Part shown: one piece after another, positions 48,740-62,579 of the stretch | Layout of the letters: every line of letters begins with the position of its first letter | Numbering within the stretch: the first letter of the stretch is position 1 | DNA from: Mustelus asterias | Taxonomy: Eukaryota | DNA: 64,000 nt | Direction of reading: 5' to 3' | Assembly: GCF_964213995.1 (NCBI RefSeq) | Contig: NW_027590156.1 | Coordinates: forward strand, 682,001 to 746,000 | Position numbers and translations under genes: made by a program | Notes under the pieces: model-generated | Databases searched by the model: none | Seen by the model: the letters and a program-made list of their open reading frames with translations, nothing else | Told to the model about the DNA's origin: nothing

Positions 48740-49085
48740 TATTCATTCCACAGGAGCCTATTGCGCAGGCGCAATGCTATATCTGGAGCGTGCGCAGTGT
48801 CACTTTGCCCGGAGACCTGTGAGTGCGGGAGCGGCTTTTTTTAACGGGTGAGTCGGTGGCGCTGCGGGAGAAATGGAGCCGGGAGTCGGGGCAGGGAGGG
48901 AGCTATGGCTTCACAAACATCCGCTGTAGGCCGCACGGCCCGAATAAGACCCTGCAGGTCCTGGGTTTACAGCTCCAAGGCTTTTATCTCGAGAACAGGC
49001 CCCGGTTATCGGCCGCCATCTTGTTTCAGCGGGGAAGGAGCGCATGCGCTTCTGTCGGTGGCGGGTCACAATGGGCGTGGTTTCA
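48740..49085 (+). promoter_or_regulatory. CpG-rich promoter-like region upstream of ZNF-H
   Basis: TGCGCAGGCGCA, GCGCATGCGC (NRF1-like) and GCCGCCATCTT (YY1). Confidence 0.55.
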
Positions 49086-49119
49086 GGGGCTGGTTCAGAA
49101 CCTCTGTCTTCAGAGGAAC

Positions 49120-49357
49120 AATAGAATCATAGAAACCCTACAGCACAGAACGAGGCCATGCGGCCCATCGAGTCTGCACCGACCACAATCCCACCCAGGC
49201 CCTACCCCCATATCCCTACATATTTTACCCGCTAATTCCTCTAATCTATGCATCCCAGGGCACTAAGGGGCAATTTTTTTAGCATAGCAATCAACCTAAC
49301 CCGCACATCATTGGACTGTGGGAGGAAACTGGAGCACCCAGAGGAAACCCACGCAGA
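49120..49357 (-). mobile_element. HE1 SINE 3' part
   Basis: Tail and core; head replaced by a Tx1 fragment. Confidence 0.8.
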
Positions 49358-49745
49358 GAGGGGCGGGTCGGGATGGTGACCTCCTCGTGAACCTGCTCCT
49401 GGGCCTGGCGAAGCGCGCCATTTACCGGTCCAGGCAGCGGGCGATCGAGGGGGCCGTCCATCCTGACTGTCTGCCCCTCTACTGCGGCTACGTTCACGGC
49501 CAGGTGTCCCTGGAGAGGGAACATGCGGTGTCTACAGGCACGGTTGACGCCTTCTGCCCCCGTTGGGCACCGCAGGGGTTGGGGTGCGTTATCGACCCGA
49601 ATAATCACACTATGATTTGATGTTTTTAAGTTTCCTTTGTACTTTGATTTTTGTTCGGGCTGTTCCCCCTCCTTTTGGGGAGCTGCCCCTTTTACTTTGT
49701 CCTGATTTAACTTGAGTTTGTTTATTTGGTTTGACCTTAAAAGAG
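49358..49745 (+). mobile_element. L1/Tx1-clade retrotransposon 3' end
   Basis: LLVNLLLGLAKRAIYRSR...DCLPL..G.V...VSLE resembles a Tx1 ORF2 C-terminus; T-rich 3' UTR. Confidence 0.65.
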
Positions 49746-50735
49746 GCCAACATCTGTGGGTAAAACACTTTCTTTTCTCCCCCTTTCCATTTCTTTTCTC
49801 ATTCTGGGGGAAATTGGGGACTTGCAGCAACTGAAGGGAAATGAAGTGAATCCAGTCGGTATTTTCCACACATTGTTAGTCCAGTCAGATAGACATATAT
49901 CTGTCTGGCAGCCTGCATGGAGATTTCCAGCTCTCTCTGTCCAGGACAGGAAGCAGTGAGCATGGATCTATCAATCAGCACCTACAGGAGAATTGGGAGG
50001 GTGAATATTAGATACAGCAGAGTGAGAATCGAGGGAGAGTGTGTGGGATGGAGATTTACAGCTCTTGCGTTGTAATATGATGCTGTAGCGATGTTATACA
50101 TTTCCAGTCATAAAGTCATTACAGCACAGAAGGAATCCATTCGGTAACTCGAGTCCATGCTGACTCTCTGTATAACATTCCAGTCCCATTACCACTCTAT
50201 ATCCCATTCTCCTGCAAGTTTATTTCCTTCAAGTGCCCATCCACTTTCATTTTTAAATAGAATCCATAGATATGGATGGAGATTTACAGCTTTTTGGGAC
50301 TGGTATATGAAAGAATCTTCCATAGAAACTAGAATTGTCTGTTCTGAATTTCTATCCTGTACTGACACTGATGACTTTTGTAAACTCATTTTACAGGATA
50401 TTAAAAGAGGAATCACAGACTGAAAACTCAAATGTCACGTCTAGATCTGACAGAGTCATACTCCTTGGGAGCTCAATATCATCGGACTTTGAATCCAGAA
50501 GGAGAAATGATTGTCCAGTCTGTCGATTTGAAATGTCAGTGTGACTGGAAAAGCATCAACACACTGTCACACTTGAGTGAGAGTGTTCCAATGCACTGAC
50601 TAAAGAGCTTTAACCAGTTACACAGTCTGAATAAATATCACACCATTCACAGCGGGGAGAGACTGTACCTGTGTTGTGTGTAGACGAGGCTTCAACTGAT
50701 TGGCCACCCAAGAGAGAGGCAAGGACACCTGCACC

Positions 50736-51521
50736 ATGGAGAAACCATGGAAATGTGCAGACTGTGGCAAGAGATACAGATACCCATCTCAGTTGGAAGC
50801 TCATCGGCTCATCCACACTGGGGAGCGGCCGTTCATCTGCTCTCAGTGTGGGAAGAGATTCACTCAGTCATCCAGCCTGCAGAGACACCAGCAAGTTCAC
50901 ACTGGGGAGAGGCCATTCACGTGTTCTCAGTGTGGGGAGGGATTCACTCGATCTTCTGACCTGCTGGTCCATGAGCGCATTCACACTGGGGAGAGGCCGT
51001 TCACTTGCTCTCAGTGTGGGAAGGGATTCATTCGGTCTTCCGACCTGCGGAAACACCAACGAGTTCACACCGGGGAGAGGCCCTTTACCTGCTCTCGATG
51101 TGGGGAGGGATTCACTCAGTCATCCCACCTGCAGAGACACAAGCGAGTTCACACTGGGGAGAGGCCATTCACCTGCTCTGTGTGTGGGAAGGGTTTCTGT
51201 GATTCATCCAGCCTGCTGACACACCAGCGAGTTCACACTGGGGAGAGGCCATTCACCTGCTCTCAATGTGGGAAGGGATTCACTGGGTCCTCCCGCCTGC
51301 AGATGCACCAGCGAGTTCACACTGGGGAGAGGCCATTCACCTGCTCTCAGTGTGGGAAGGGTTTCTGTGATTCATCCAGCCTGCTGACACACCAGCGAGT
51401 TCACATTGGGGAGAAACCGTTCACCTGCTCTCAGTGTGGGAAGGGATTCACTCGGTTATCCAACCTGCGGATACACCAGCGAGTTCACACTGGGGAGAGA
51501 CCGTTCAGCTGCTCTGTGTGA
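50736..51521 (+). CDS. C2H2 zinc-finger protein ZNF-H (261 aa, 9 fingers; 10th finger broken)
   Basis: Intact ORF; loss of TG in GTGTGTGAG creates a stop, and the remnant finger runs to about 51576. Confidence 0.88.
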   Translation: MEKPWKCADCGKRYRYPSQLEAHRLIHTGERPFICSQCGKRFTQSSSLQRHQQVHTGERPFTCSQCGEGFTRSSDLLVHERIHTGERPFTCSQCGKGFIRSSDLRKHQRVHTGERPFTCSRCGEGFTQSSHLQRHKRVHTGERPFTCSVCGKGFCDSSSLLTHQRVHTGERPFTCSQCGKGFTGSSRLQMHQRVHTGERPFTCSQCGKGFCDSSSLLTHQRVHIGEKPFTCSQCGKGFTRLSNLRIHQRVHTGERPFSCSV

Positions 51522-53049
51522 GAAGATATTCAGTCTTTCATCCCATCTGTTGAGACACCAACAAGTTCACGAGTGATTCCAGGGGTTGGATTCTGCTGTC
51601 ATTGTTTCTGCTCTCAATTCCATCCAGAACTGCATTTTGTTCATTCTCACAGTTGGTCAATGGGGAGGGTCGGAGGGTTTCTTTCTGCTGGACTGGTCGG
51701 TCTCATGGCTTTGCCTCCAGTGGGCTGATGCTCTTTGAGTCTTGTTGCGAATACCTGGTTTCAAATTTCACAAGGATCACAGAGTGACCGGGTGTTAGGA
51801 AGTTAAGAGATAGTCACTATTTCTGTTTGAAACCCCCCAATGCCCATCCAATTTCCTTTGTAATTGTTTATTGTCTCCACTTCCTCCACCCTCGTAGGCA
51901 GCGAGTTCCAGGTCATTATCATTCACTGCATCAAAATATTCTTCCTCACATCCCCCCACTGCATCTCTGATCCAAAACCTTAAATCTGTGTCCCCCTCGT
52001 CCTTGTTCCATCTGCGAATGGGAACAGCTTTTCTTTGTCCACCTTATCTAAACCTGTCAGAATCTTGTCCACCTCTATCAAATCTCCCCTCAACCTCCTT
52101 TGCTCCAAGGAGAACAACCCCAGCCTGACATTGACAATAAAGAACAAACTAACAGAATATGTTAATACCTGAAATCAAATGGGAATGTTTAATTTCTGTT
52201 TTAAAGATATTGTGAATATATTGTCCTGGAGAACAAAGAAATTGGAATAGCTCACTGTGGGTGAGGTTGAATGGAATATATCAATGTGGAATCCTGGTTC
52301 ATTCCAGTGAAAGTCTGGAATGTGTCGATGGGATGAATAAGTTGATCACTTTCTCTGGGAGATATTTACATCCTTGTCCATTGTTCGAGGGGGTTCAGGA
52401 TAACCTGGGACTAAAAGACTAATATATCAGAATAGGTTAATTTAGAGTGAATATATTCAAGAAGAATCACAAAGTACGTGGAGTTACAAAGGTACTGTTT
52501 GCATAGAAATACATATAACCATTGTTAGTGAATTTAAACATGTATTTTTGATAACATATATTCTGTATTAAAATCATACACCTTGGCTAATGACACTCTA
52601 AGGCATGATGGTATATAGCTATGTAAGAAGAACCACATTCTTTGAAAACAATACAGCTACTGAGTTAAGCAAAAAAAAACTCTTATCAGTGTTGGCTTCA
52701 GACAGTACAAGCTTCCCAGACAATTGAATGAATAAGAGCATACCGTTTCCCGATAAAGAATTGCTCGGACACAGTGGAAAAGCACTTTTGAATTTATGGA
52801 CCTATGTATTCTCATGCTGCCAGAGAGTGACATGTTATTGGCCAAGGTAAATCTAGACGAATAATGATTGGTTGATGTCTGGCTGGGTGAGCAAAGTGGG
52901 TGGGGAAATGATTTTTGAAAGTTGTATAATTGTAATATTGGAAGCAATGGAATTTAGAATAGTTTGGCTGCCCCAAATTATTCTCTGACGCCCCTGGACC
53001 AGGCCTGGGCAATAAAGCACGTATTCAACAGAATTACTGTCTCTGTGAG

Positions 53050-56000
53050 GGCTTTGGCTCACAGGGCTTCGGCGAAGGCGAGGAAGGTTGTTTGTTTTTC
53101 TTCTGTTACACCCCCTTTTTTGTTTTATCTCCCAAAAACTAAAAAGGACATGGCTGGTATGAGTGGGAGGCCAGTATACTGCATTCGGTGTGGGATGTGG
53201 GAGTTCCTGGAGACAACTTGCCTCCCGGAAGTCCATATCTGTGCCAGATGCGTGGAACTGCAACTCCTGAAGGATCGTGTAAGGGAGCTGGAGCTGAGGC
53301 TCGATGAACTCAGTTTAGTTAGGGCAAATGAGAGATTAATAGATAAAAGTTATAGTCAGGTAGTGACACCAGGGTCTCGGAAGGAAGACACGTGGGTCAC
53401 AGTTAGGAGGGGTAATAGTCAGAAGGGTGATGTGCCAGAAAGTACCCCAGTGGCAGTCTCCCATAAAAAAAAGGGATGGCAACAGATGGGAGAAGGGAAG
53501 GGAGTGAGCAGTCTGTGGAGGGATCCCCTGTGGTTGTCCCCCTCCAAAATAGGTATATTGTTTTGGATTCTGTGGAGGGGGATGACCCTCCAGGGGTAAG
53601 CCACGAGGACCAGATCGCCTCCACGGAGACAGGCTCAAGGGTCCGGAAGGGAAAGAAGCGATTTAGGAGAGCGATAGTTGTGGGGGATGCAATAGTTAGA
53701 GGCACGGACAGGCGGTTCTGTGGGAGTGAACGAGAATCCAGGATGGTAGTCTGCCTCCCTGGAGCCGGGGTACTGGATGTCTCCGAGAGGGTAGGAAGCA
53801 TATTTAAAAAGGAAGGTAGTCAAACGGATGTGATTATACACATTGGTGAAAATGATGTCGGTAGGAAGAGCAGGGGGGTCATACGAGAGAAATTCAGGGA
53901 GTTGGGTGCTAGGCTAAAAAGTAAGGCCTCCAGGGTAGCAATCTCTGGACTGCTCCCGGTGTCTAGTGCAAGTGAGGCTCGGAACAGGGAGATTCTACAG
54001 TTGAACGCGTGGCTAAAGGACTGGTGCAAGAGGGAGGGTTTTTAATTCATAGATAACTGGGAAATCTTCAAGTCAGGATGGCAACTGTACAGAAAGGATG
54101 GGTTACACCTTAACTGGAAGGGAGCAAATATCCTGGCTGGGAGTTTTGCGAGAGTGTTTCGGCAGGATTTAAACTAGTGTGGCAGCGGGGTGGGGAACAA
54201 AACAGTAGGTCAGTAAATACTGAGGCTGGGGTTGAGCTGGGGGCCAGGGCAAGGCTAGCTAAGAAGAGGAGCACTCTGGAGGAGGATGACCTGAGTGGGC
54301 CTGGAGGTCTGGAGTGCATCTGCTTCAATGCAGGGAGCGTAACGGGTAAAACAGATGAACTTAGGGCCTTAATGCTTATGCGGAATTTGGATGTGGTTGC
54401 GGTGACGGAAACTTGGTTAAAAGAAGCTGAATATTCCAGGGTATAAGTGTTTTAGGCGAGACAGAGGAGGGGCTAAAAAAGGTGGGGGAGTAGCGATATT
54501 AGTTAAGGAGCATGTTACCGCGGTGCAGAGGGTAGACAACTTGGAGGGGTCATGTACTGAGTCGCTGTGGGTGGAACTCAGAAACAGGAAGAGTGCAGTC
54601 ACTATGCTGGGGGTGTACTACAGACCACCTCTCGGCCCACGGGAAGTGGAGGAAAGGATATGTCAGGAGATTCTGGATAGGTGCAGAAAAAATAGGGTTG
54701 TTGTAGTGGGGGACTTTAATTTCCCTGGCACAGACTGGAAAGTGCTTAGAGCTGGGGGTCCGGACGGGGAGGAATTTGTAAAATGCGTACTGGAAGGTTC
54801 TTTGGAACAGTATGTAGATAGCCCGACTGGAGAGGGGGCTATACTGGACCTAGTTCTGGGAAATGAGCCCGGTCAGGTCGTCAAAGTTTCGGTAGGGGAA
54901 CATGTGGCAAATAGTGACCACAACTCTGTTAACTTTAGGATAGTAATGGACAAGGATGAGTGCTGTCATACGGGCAGGGTGCTAAATTGGGGGAAGGCTG
55001 ACTATAGCCGGATTAGGCAGGAATTGGTGGATGTTGATTGGGAGAGGATGTTCGAGGGTAAGTCCGCGTCTGGCATGTGGGAGTCTTTTAAGGAACTATT
55101 GATAAGACTGCAGGATAGGCATGTGCCTGTAAAAAGGAAAGATAGGAAAGGTAGGATTCGAGAGCCGTGGATAACCAGGGAAATTGAGGATCTGATTAAA
55201 ATGAAAAGGGAGGCGTACGTTAAGTCGAGGCAACAGAAAACAGATGGAGCTCTGGAGGAATACAGAGAGAGTAGGAAAGAACTCAAACGGGGAGTTAGAA
55301 GGGCAAAAAGAGGTCACGAGATGTTCTTGGCAGGCAGGATTAAGGAGAATCCTAAGGCATTCTATTCATACGTTAGGAACAAAAGAGTTGTCAGGGAGAA
55401 AATCGGACCTCTCAGGGACAAAGGAGGGGAATTATGCTTAGGACCCAAGGGAATAGGGGAGATCCTAAATGAATACTTTGCATCGGTATTCACGAAGGAA
55501 AGGGGCGTGTTAACCGGGAGTGTCTCGGAGGGAGGTGTTGACCCGTTAGAGAAAATCTCCATTACAAGAGAGGAAGTGTTAGGTTTTTTAGGGAACATTA
55601 AAACTGACAAAGCCCCAGGGCCTGATGGCATCTATCCTCGACTGCTCAGGGAGACGAGAGATGAAATTGCTGGGCCTCTGACGGAAATCTTTGTCGCTTC
55701 TTTGGACACGGGTGAGGTCCCTGAGGATTGGAGGATAGCGAATGTGGTCCCGTTGTTTAAGAAGGGTAGCAGGGATAACCCAGGAAATTATAGGCCGGTG
55801 AGCTTGACGTCCGTGCTAGGGAAGTTGTTGGAGAAGATTCTTAGAGACAGGATGTATGTGGATTTAGAACGGAACAATCTCATTAGTGACAGACAGCATG
55901 GTTTTGTAAGAGGGAGGTCGTGCCTTACAAATTTGGTGGAATTTTTTGAGGAAGTGACAAAAACGGTTGATGAAGGAAGGGCCGTGGATGTCGTCTATAT

Positions 56001-57222
56001 GGATTTCAGGAAGGCATTTGACAAAGTTCCACATGGCAGGTTGGTTAAGAAGGTTAAGGCTCATGGGATACAAGGAGAAGTGGCTAGATGGGTGGAAAAC
56101 TGGCTTGGCCATAGGACAGTAAGAAGTTTAACAACACCAGGTTAAAGTCCAACAGGTTTATTTTCATAGGCCATAGGAGACAGAGGGTAGTGGTCGAAGG
56201 GTCTTTTTCCGGCTGGAGGTCTGTGACCAGTGGTGTTCCACAGGGCTCTGTACTGGGACCTCTGCTATTTGTGATATATATAAATGATTTGGAAGAAGGT
56301 GTAACTGGTGTAATCAGCAAGTTTGCGGATGACACGAAGATGGCTGGACTTGCGGATAGCAAAGAGCATTGTCGGGCAATACAGCAGGATATAGATAGGC
56401 TGGAAAATTGGGCGGAGAGGTGGCAGATGGAGTTTAATCCGGATAAATGCGAAGTGATGCATTTTGGAAGAAATAATGTAGGGAGGAGTTATACAATAAA
56501 TGGCAGAGTCATCAGGAGTATAGAAACACAGAGGGACCTAGGTGTGCAAGTCCACAAATCCTTGAAGGTGGCAACACAGGTGGAGAAGGTGGTGAAGAAG
56601 GCATATGGTATGCTTGCCTTTATAGGACGAGGTATAGAGTATAAAAGCTGGAGTCTGATGATGCAGCTGTATAGAATGCTGGTTAGGCCACATTTGGAGT
56701 ACTGCGTCCAGTTCTGGTTGCCGCACTACCAGAAGGACGTGGAGGCGTTAGAGAGAGTGCAGAGAAGGTTTACCAGGATATTGCCTGGTATGGAGGGTCT
56801 TAGCTATGAGGAGAGATTGGGTAAACTGGGGTTGTTCTCCCTTGAAAGACGTAGAATGAGGGGAGATCTAATAGAGGTGTACAAGATTATGAAGGGGATA
56901 GATAGGGTGAACGGTGGGAAGCTTTTTCCCAGATCAGAAGTGACGTTCACGAGGGGTCACGGGCTCAAGGTGAGAGGGGCGAAGTATAACTCAGATATTA
57001 GTGGGATGTTTTTTACACAGAGGGTGGTGGGGGCCTGGAATGCTCTGCCAAGTAGGGTGGTGGAGGCAGGCACGCTGACATCGTTTAAGACTTACCTGGA
57101 TAGTCACAGGAGCAGCCTGGGAATGGAGGGATGCAAACGATTGGTCTTGTTGGACCAAGGAGCGGCACAGGCTTGGAGGGCCGAAGGGCCTGTTTCCTGT
57201 GCTGTACTGTTCTTTGTTCTTT
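53050..57222 (+). mobile_element. Near full-length CR1 LINE (ORF1 53150-54177, ORF2 about 54177-57150), mutated
   Basis: ORF1 CIRC..CARC, coiled coil and esterase; ORF2 EN and RT motifs; few frameshifts/stops; TTCTTTG tail. Confidence 0.93.
56117..56168. mobile_element. 52-bp PLE pLTR-end insertion with 10-bp TSD disrupting the CR1 RT
   Basis: GGCCATAGGA at 56107-56116 and 56169-56178; removing it restores WLGHRRQRV. Confidence 0.88.
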
Positions 57223-57994
57223 GTGAGGTCTTTGTATTAGCTGAGTTGTAAATCAGTGGAAAGCCGGCATAATACTTGGTCTCTGAAACGTTTCTACATC
57301 CATGAACTTTGTTTTAAAGAAATCCACATTTGAAAGCCCGGCCACGACATGAAATATCAGCACCATAACAAGAGGAGATAAGAAAGACAGACACTCACTT
57401 TGATCTTTTCATCAGCAATCTGAGAGTTAAGAATGTGTGACATGATGTTCGGACACTGGAGTGAGTGTACAGATGTGATTTGTAACATGTGAAAAATAGC
57501 AAGCCTAAATTCATGGTGAGATGGAGTGAAGAGCGGGTCCCAAACACACACAGCTACTTGAGACACAGCAGGAGATGAAATGGCTAATGTGGCCAGGGCA
57601 TTGAGACAACATTGTGACATCATCAAGGCACTGACACATACTCCAGAGAAACTGAGTTCAAAACAATCAGGATCCAATTAAACACAATACACATGCTCAC
57701 AAAGTGAGGAAAATTACAGTAAAATGGATCATATAATGGATTGGGACAACTAAGAGCTTGGGAGAAATAATACTGAGTAAGAACTGTCCACAAGTTGGAT
57801 AGGGGTAAAGAGAGCTGGAGAATCTTTTACATCTTTTATGGACTAGTAACCCAGAACTGACAGCGCTCCTTCAGGAGTAGGAAAGGTCGAGTAGATGTGA
57901 CCCCAGGCGGGACAGGAACGGAACTGGAAAATAACGGAGTGGAATTGAAATTGTCTAAATGACTGGACTAACAATGTGTGGAATGTACAGACTG

Positions 57995-58460
57995 GGGAAC
58001 AATGGGTGGGGGCGGGGCTCCCGGGTCCGCGCGCCTGAAACCGGAGACGTCACCGCGGAGCAGAGTGATTGCTATTGGGTGATTGAGGCAGGGCTCCATT
58101 GTGCCGTCACAATGACTCAGAGGGGCGTTCCCAGCACACAGTGTCCCATTGGCAGCAATATCACTGGTGCCAGAAGCCGCACACTGCGGATTGGACACCA
58201 GCTCAGCGCAGCTGGCGGTCAGAGCCCCGCCCACCCCACGTGGGCTCGGGTTCCGCCCCCTCATTGTCCACATGCGGCATATTGACCAATGGTTGCCAGG
58301 AGGACTGGATGGGCGATGGTCCTCCAGCCAATCAGAGTCCGGGCCTTGTGTCAATGGCCGCATGGAGCTTCGTCTATTGTTGCTGCTGCTCCTCTCCCTC
58401 TGAATGAAGATTGAGCTTCAGACAGACTCAACCTTCCTCCTGTCTCCTACATCTGTGAGT
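57995..58460 (+). promoter_or_regulatory. CpG-rich promoter and first exon for ZNF-I
   Basis: GGGGCGGGG, several CCAAT/ATTGG; donor GTGAGT at 58455. Confidence 0.6.
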
Positions 58461-58698
58461 AAAACACTTTCTTTTCTCCCCCTTTCCATTTCTTTTCTCA
58501 TTTTGCGCTTCAATTTTTAACTTCTGGGTCACCACTCGCTGCCTAAGTAAAGATTCTCCTCACATTCTCTATGTATCTATAACCAGGTAATACAGTGTAT
58601 TACACACACCATCAGTCTGCTCATTTATATCCAAATGTAAAACTGTAACATGACTGTCAGCTTGAAGATTTTCAGCTCTCTGTGCCCACAACAGGAAG

Positions 58699-61394
58699 AA
58701 GTCTCACAACACCAGATTAAAGTCCAACAGGTTTATTTGGTGGCACAAAGCCATCGTCACAATGCTACATTTGGTAGAACAGGAAACTTGAGAAACTCGG
58801 CATCACCACCAGCAGCAATCAAGCCTCCCCCGGTACCACAGTAGAAAACAGTACCACTGCAGGGAAGTCCATTGTCAACTTGTCGGACACACTTCAACCA
58901 GATGAAATCGAAGTTCTCAATTTCTGCCCCACCACCAAAATAGACCCCAGCAGTCTCGCAGCAGACACAGAGGAATTCATCAGGCGAATGAGGCTGCGGG
59001 AGTTCTTCCACAAACCCCAAGAGGCCAACAGCGAACAGAATGAGATAGTCAATGAACTGGAACAGCCGATAGAGAGATCCACGGTACAGCAACCGAAGAG
59101 GAAAGAGTCGAATTGGACTCCTCCGGAAGGCCGCTGCCCTCGACTTGACATGTATGCCCAAGCCGTCAGGAGGTGCGTCAATGCCAGATTCATCAGTCAC
59201 ACTCACAAGACAGCCCCGAACATCACCCAAGCACAACGCAACGCCATCTGCGCTCTCAAGATCAAGCGCACCATTGTCATCAAACCAGCAGACAAAGGAG
59301 GGGCAATCATCATGCTGAACAGAACGGATTACTGCAAAGTGTCCTGACAACTGAACAATGAGGAAAACTACAGACAGTTACCTGCAGATCCGACCAAAGA
59401 ATACACCCGTCAACTCAACAGACAGATCAAGACATTTGATCCGGACCTTCAGAGCACCCTCCGTGCTCTCATCCCACGTACTCCCCGCGTTGGAGATCTC
59501 TACTACCTCCCGAAGATACACAAGGCAAACACACCTGGCCATCCCATCGTATCGGGCAATGGGACCCTGGGCGAGAAACTCTCCGGCTACGTCGAGGGCA
59601 TCCTGAAACCCATTGTACAAAGAACCCCAGCTTCTGTCGTGACACTACGGACTTCCTTCAGAAACAGCACACATGGAGCAGTTGAACCAGCAGCACTCCT
59701 CATCACAATGGATGTCTCGACACTCTACACCAGCATCCCCCACGACGATGGCATCACTGCAACTGCCTCAGTACTCAACGCCAACAACTGCCAATCTCCA
59801 GATGCAATTTTACAATCATCCACTTCATCATGACCACAATGTCTTCACCTTCAACAACCAGTTCTTTATCCAGACACACGGAATAGCCTTGGGGACCAAA
59901 TTCACACCTCAATATGCCAACATCTTCATGCACAGGTTCGAACAAGACCTCTTCACTGCACAGGACCTTCAGTCCAAGCTGTACATTAGATACATCAATG
60001 ACATTTTCTTCCTTTGGACTTATGGTGAGCAATCACTGAAACAACGATATGATGACATCAACAAGTTCCATCCCACCATCAGACTCACCATGGACTACTC
60101 TCCGGAATCGGTTGCATTCTTGGGCACACACATTTTCATCAAGGACGGTCACCTCAGCACCTCACGGTACCGCAAGCCCACGGATAATCTCACGATGCTC
60201 CACTTCTCCAGCTTCCACGTTAAAGAAGCCATCCCCTACGGACAAGCCCTCCGTATACACAGGATCTGCTCAGATGAGGAGGATCGCAACAGACACCTCC
60301 AGACGCTGAAAGATGCCCTCATAAGAACAGGATATGGTGCTCGACTCATCGATCGACAGTTCCGATGCGCCACGGCGAAAAACGGACCTCCTCAGAAGAC
60401 AAACACTGGACAGGAGGACAGAGTACCCTTTGTTGTCCAGTACTTCCCCGGAGCGAAGAAGCTACGACATCTTCTCCGGAGCCTTCAACATGTCATTGAT
60501 GAAGACCAACATCTCTCCAAGGCCATCCCCACACCCCCACTACTTGGCTTCAAACAACCGCACAACCTCAAAAAGACTATTGTCTGCAACAAACTACCCA
60601 GCCTTCAGGAGAACAGTGACCATGACACCACACAACCCTGCCACAGCAACCTCTGCAAGACGTGCCGGATCATCGACACAGATGCTATCATCTCACGTGA
60701 GAACACCATCCACCAGGTACACGGTACATACACTTGCAACTCGGCCAACGTTGTCTACCTGATACGCTGCAGGAAAGGATGTCCCGAGGCATGGTACATT
60801 GGGGAGACCATGCAGACGCTATGACAGCGGATGAATGAACACCGCTCAACAATCACCAGACAAGAGTGTTCTTTTCCTGTTGGGAACACTTCAGCGGTCA
60901 CGGGCATTCGGCTTCTGATCTTCGGGTAAGCGTTCTCCAAGGCAGCCTTCACGACACACGACAGCGCAGAGTCGCTGAGCAGAGACTGACAGCCAAGTTC
61001 CGCACACATGAGGACGGCCTCAACTTGGATCTTGGGTTCGTGTCATGCTATTTGTAACCCCCACGACTTGCGTGGGCTTGCAAAATCTCACGAACTGTCC
61101 TGGCTGGAGACAATACACATCTCTTTAACCTGTGCTTAAACGTCTCTCCACTCACATTGTCTGTACCTTTCAGACTTGATTACCTGTAAAAACTCGCATT
61201 CCAACCATTATTTTGTAAATTGAGTTTGTGTCTTTATATGTCCTGTTTGTGAACTGAAATCCCACTCACCTGATGAAGGGGCAGCGCTCCGAAAGCTAGT
61301 GTCTTGTGCTGCCAAATAAACCTGTTGGACTTTAACCTGGTGTTGTGAGACTTCTTCCTGTGTTTACCCGAGTCCAACGCCGGCGTCTCCACAT
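58699..61394 (+). mobile_element. Near-complete Penelope-like element (RT + GIY-YIG), frameshifted
   Basis: 5' inverted pLTR end; IKPADKGG, MDV..LYT.IP, G.A.G, YIRYINDIF, IPYGQALR, CxxxxCxxC, VVYL...WYIGET; 3' pLTR; imperfect 13-bp TSD (58686-58698 / 61395-61407). Confidence 0.92.
61267..61301 (+). ncRNA. Minimal type I hammerhead ribozyme in the PLE pLTR
   Basis: CAC CTGATGA A GGGGC-AGC-GCTCC GAAA GC TA GTG. Confidence 0.8.
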
Positions 61395-62579
61395 CCAGGA
61401 CAGGAAGCAGTGAGCATGGATCTGTCAATCAGCCTGAATAGTATATATATTATATATTTCCAGTTATTCATCTCTTGCTTATTAGAATCATTAGCCTTTG
61501 GATTTTTCTTCCACAGGGATCAGTGGAAGCTGAGGGTTATTGAAGATATTCGAGGATGAGTTAGATGGATATTACATTGATAAAGGAGTCAAGCGTTATG
61601 GAGAACAAGTGGGAAAATGGAGTGAAAGTTAAGATGAGGAGGGATTTCCTCACTCAAGGATGTAGTGAAGTTTTTGAATTCTGCACTCCAGAGGACTGTG
61701 GAGCCTCAGTCATCAAATATTTTCAAGAGAGAGATTGGTAACTTTTGAGGCATTGAGCAACATGGGGGACAGAACATAGAACATAGAAAAGCTACAGCAC
61801 AAACAGGCCCTTCGGCTCACAAGTTACACCGAACATGTCCCTAGCTACGAGGCTTACCTATAACCCTCTATCTTACTAACTTCCATGATAGTTTGGGAAA
61901 TAGTGGCGCTATGGAAATAGTGTGAGGTAGACCAGCCAATTCTCAATGAATGGTTGAGGCAGTTCGATGGGCTGAATGGCCAACTGCAGCTCCTGTTTCT
62001 TATGATTTGTATGTGGTGGACAGGAAGCAGTGAGCATGGATCTGTCAATCAGCCTCAATCAGCACCTTCAGGAGAATTGGGAGGGTGAATATTAGATACA
62101 ACAGAGTGAGAATGGAGGGAGAGTGTGTGGGATGGAGATTCACAGCTTTTGGGGAATGAGAACGGAAAGAATGTTCCACAGAAACTAGAATTGTCTGTTC
62201 TGAATTTCTACTTCTATTTCTAACTCATTTTACAGGATATTGAAAGAGGAACCACAGGCTGAAATCTCAAATGTCACGTCTAGATCTGACAGTCATATTC
62301 CTTGGGAGCTGAATATCATCGGCCTTTGAATCTAGAAGGAGAAATGATTGTCCAGTCTGTTGATTTGAAAAAAAATTCAAACATCAGTGTGACTGGAAAA
62401 GCACCAACACACTGTCGAGTGAGAGTGTTCCAATGCACTGACTAAAGAGCTTTAACTAGTTACACAGCCTGAATAAATATCACACCATTCACAGTGAGGA
62501 AAGACTGTACCAGTGTCCTGTGTGTGGACGAGGCTTCAACTCATTGTCCACCCAAGAGAGAGGAAAGGACACCTGTACC

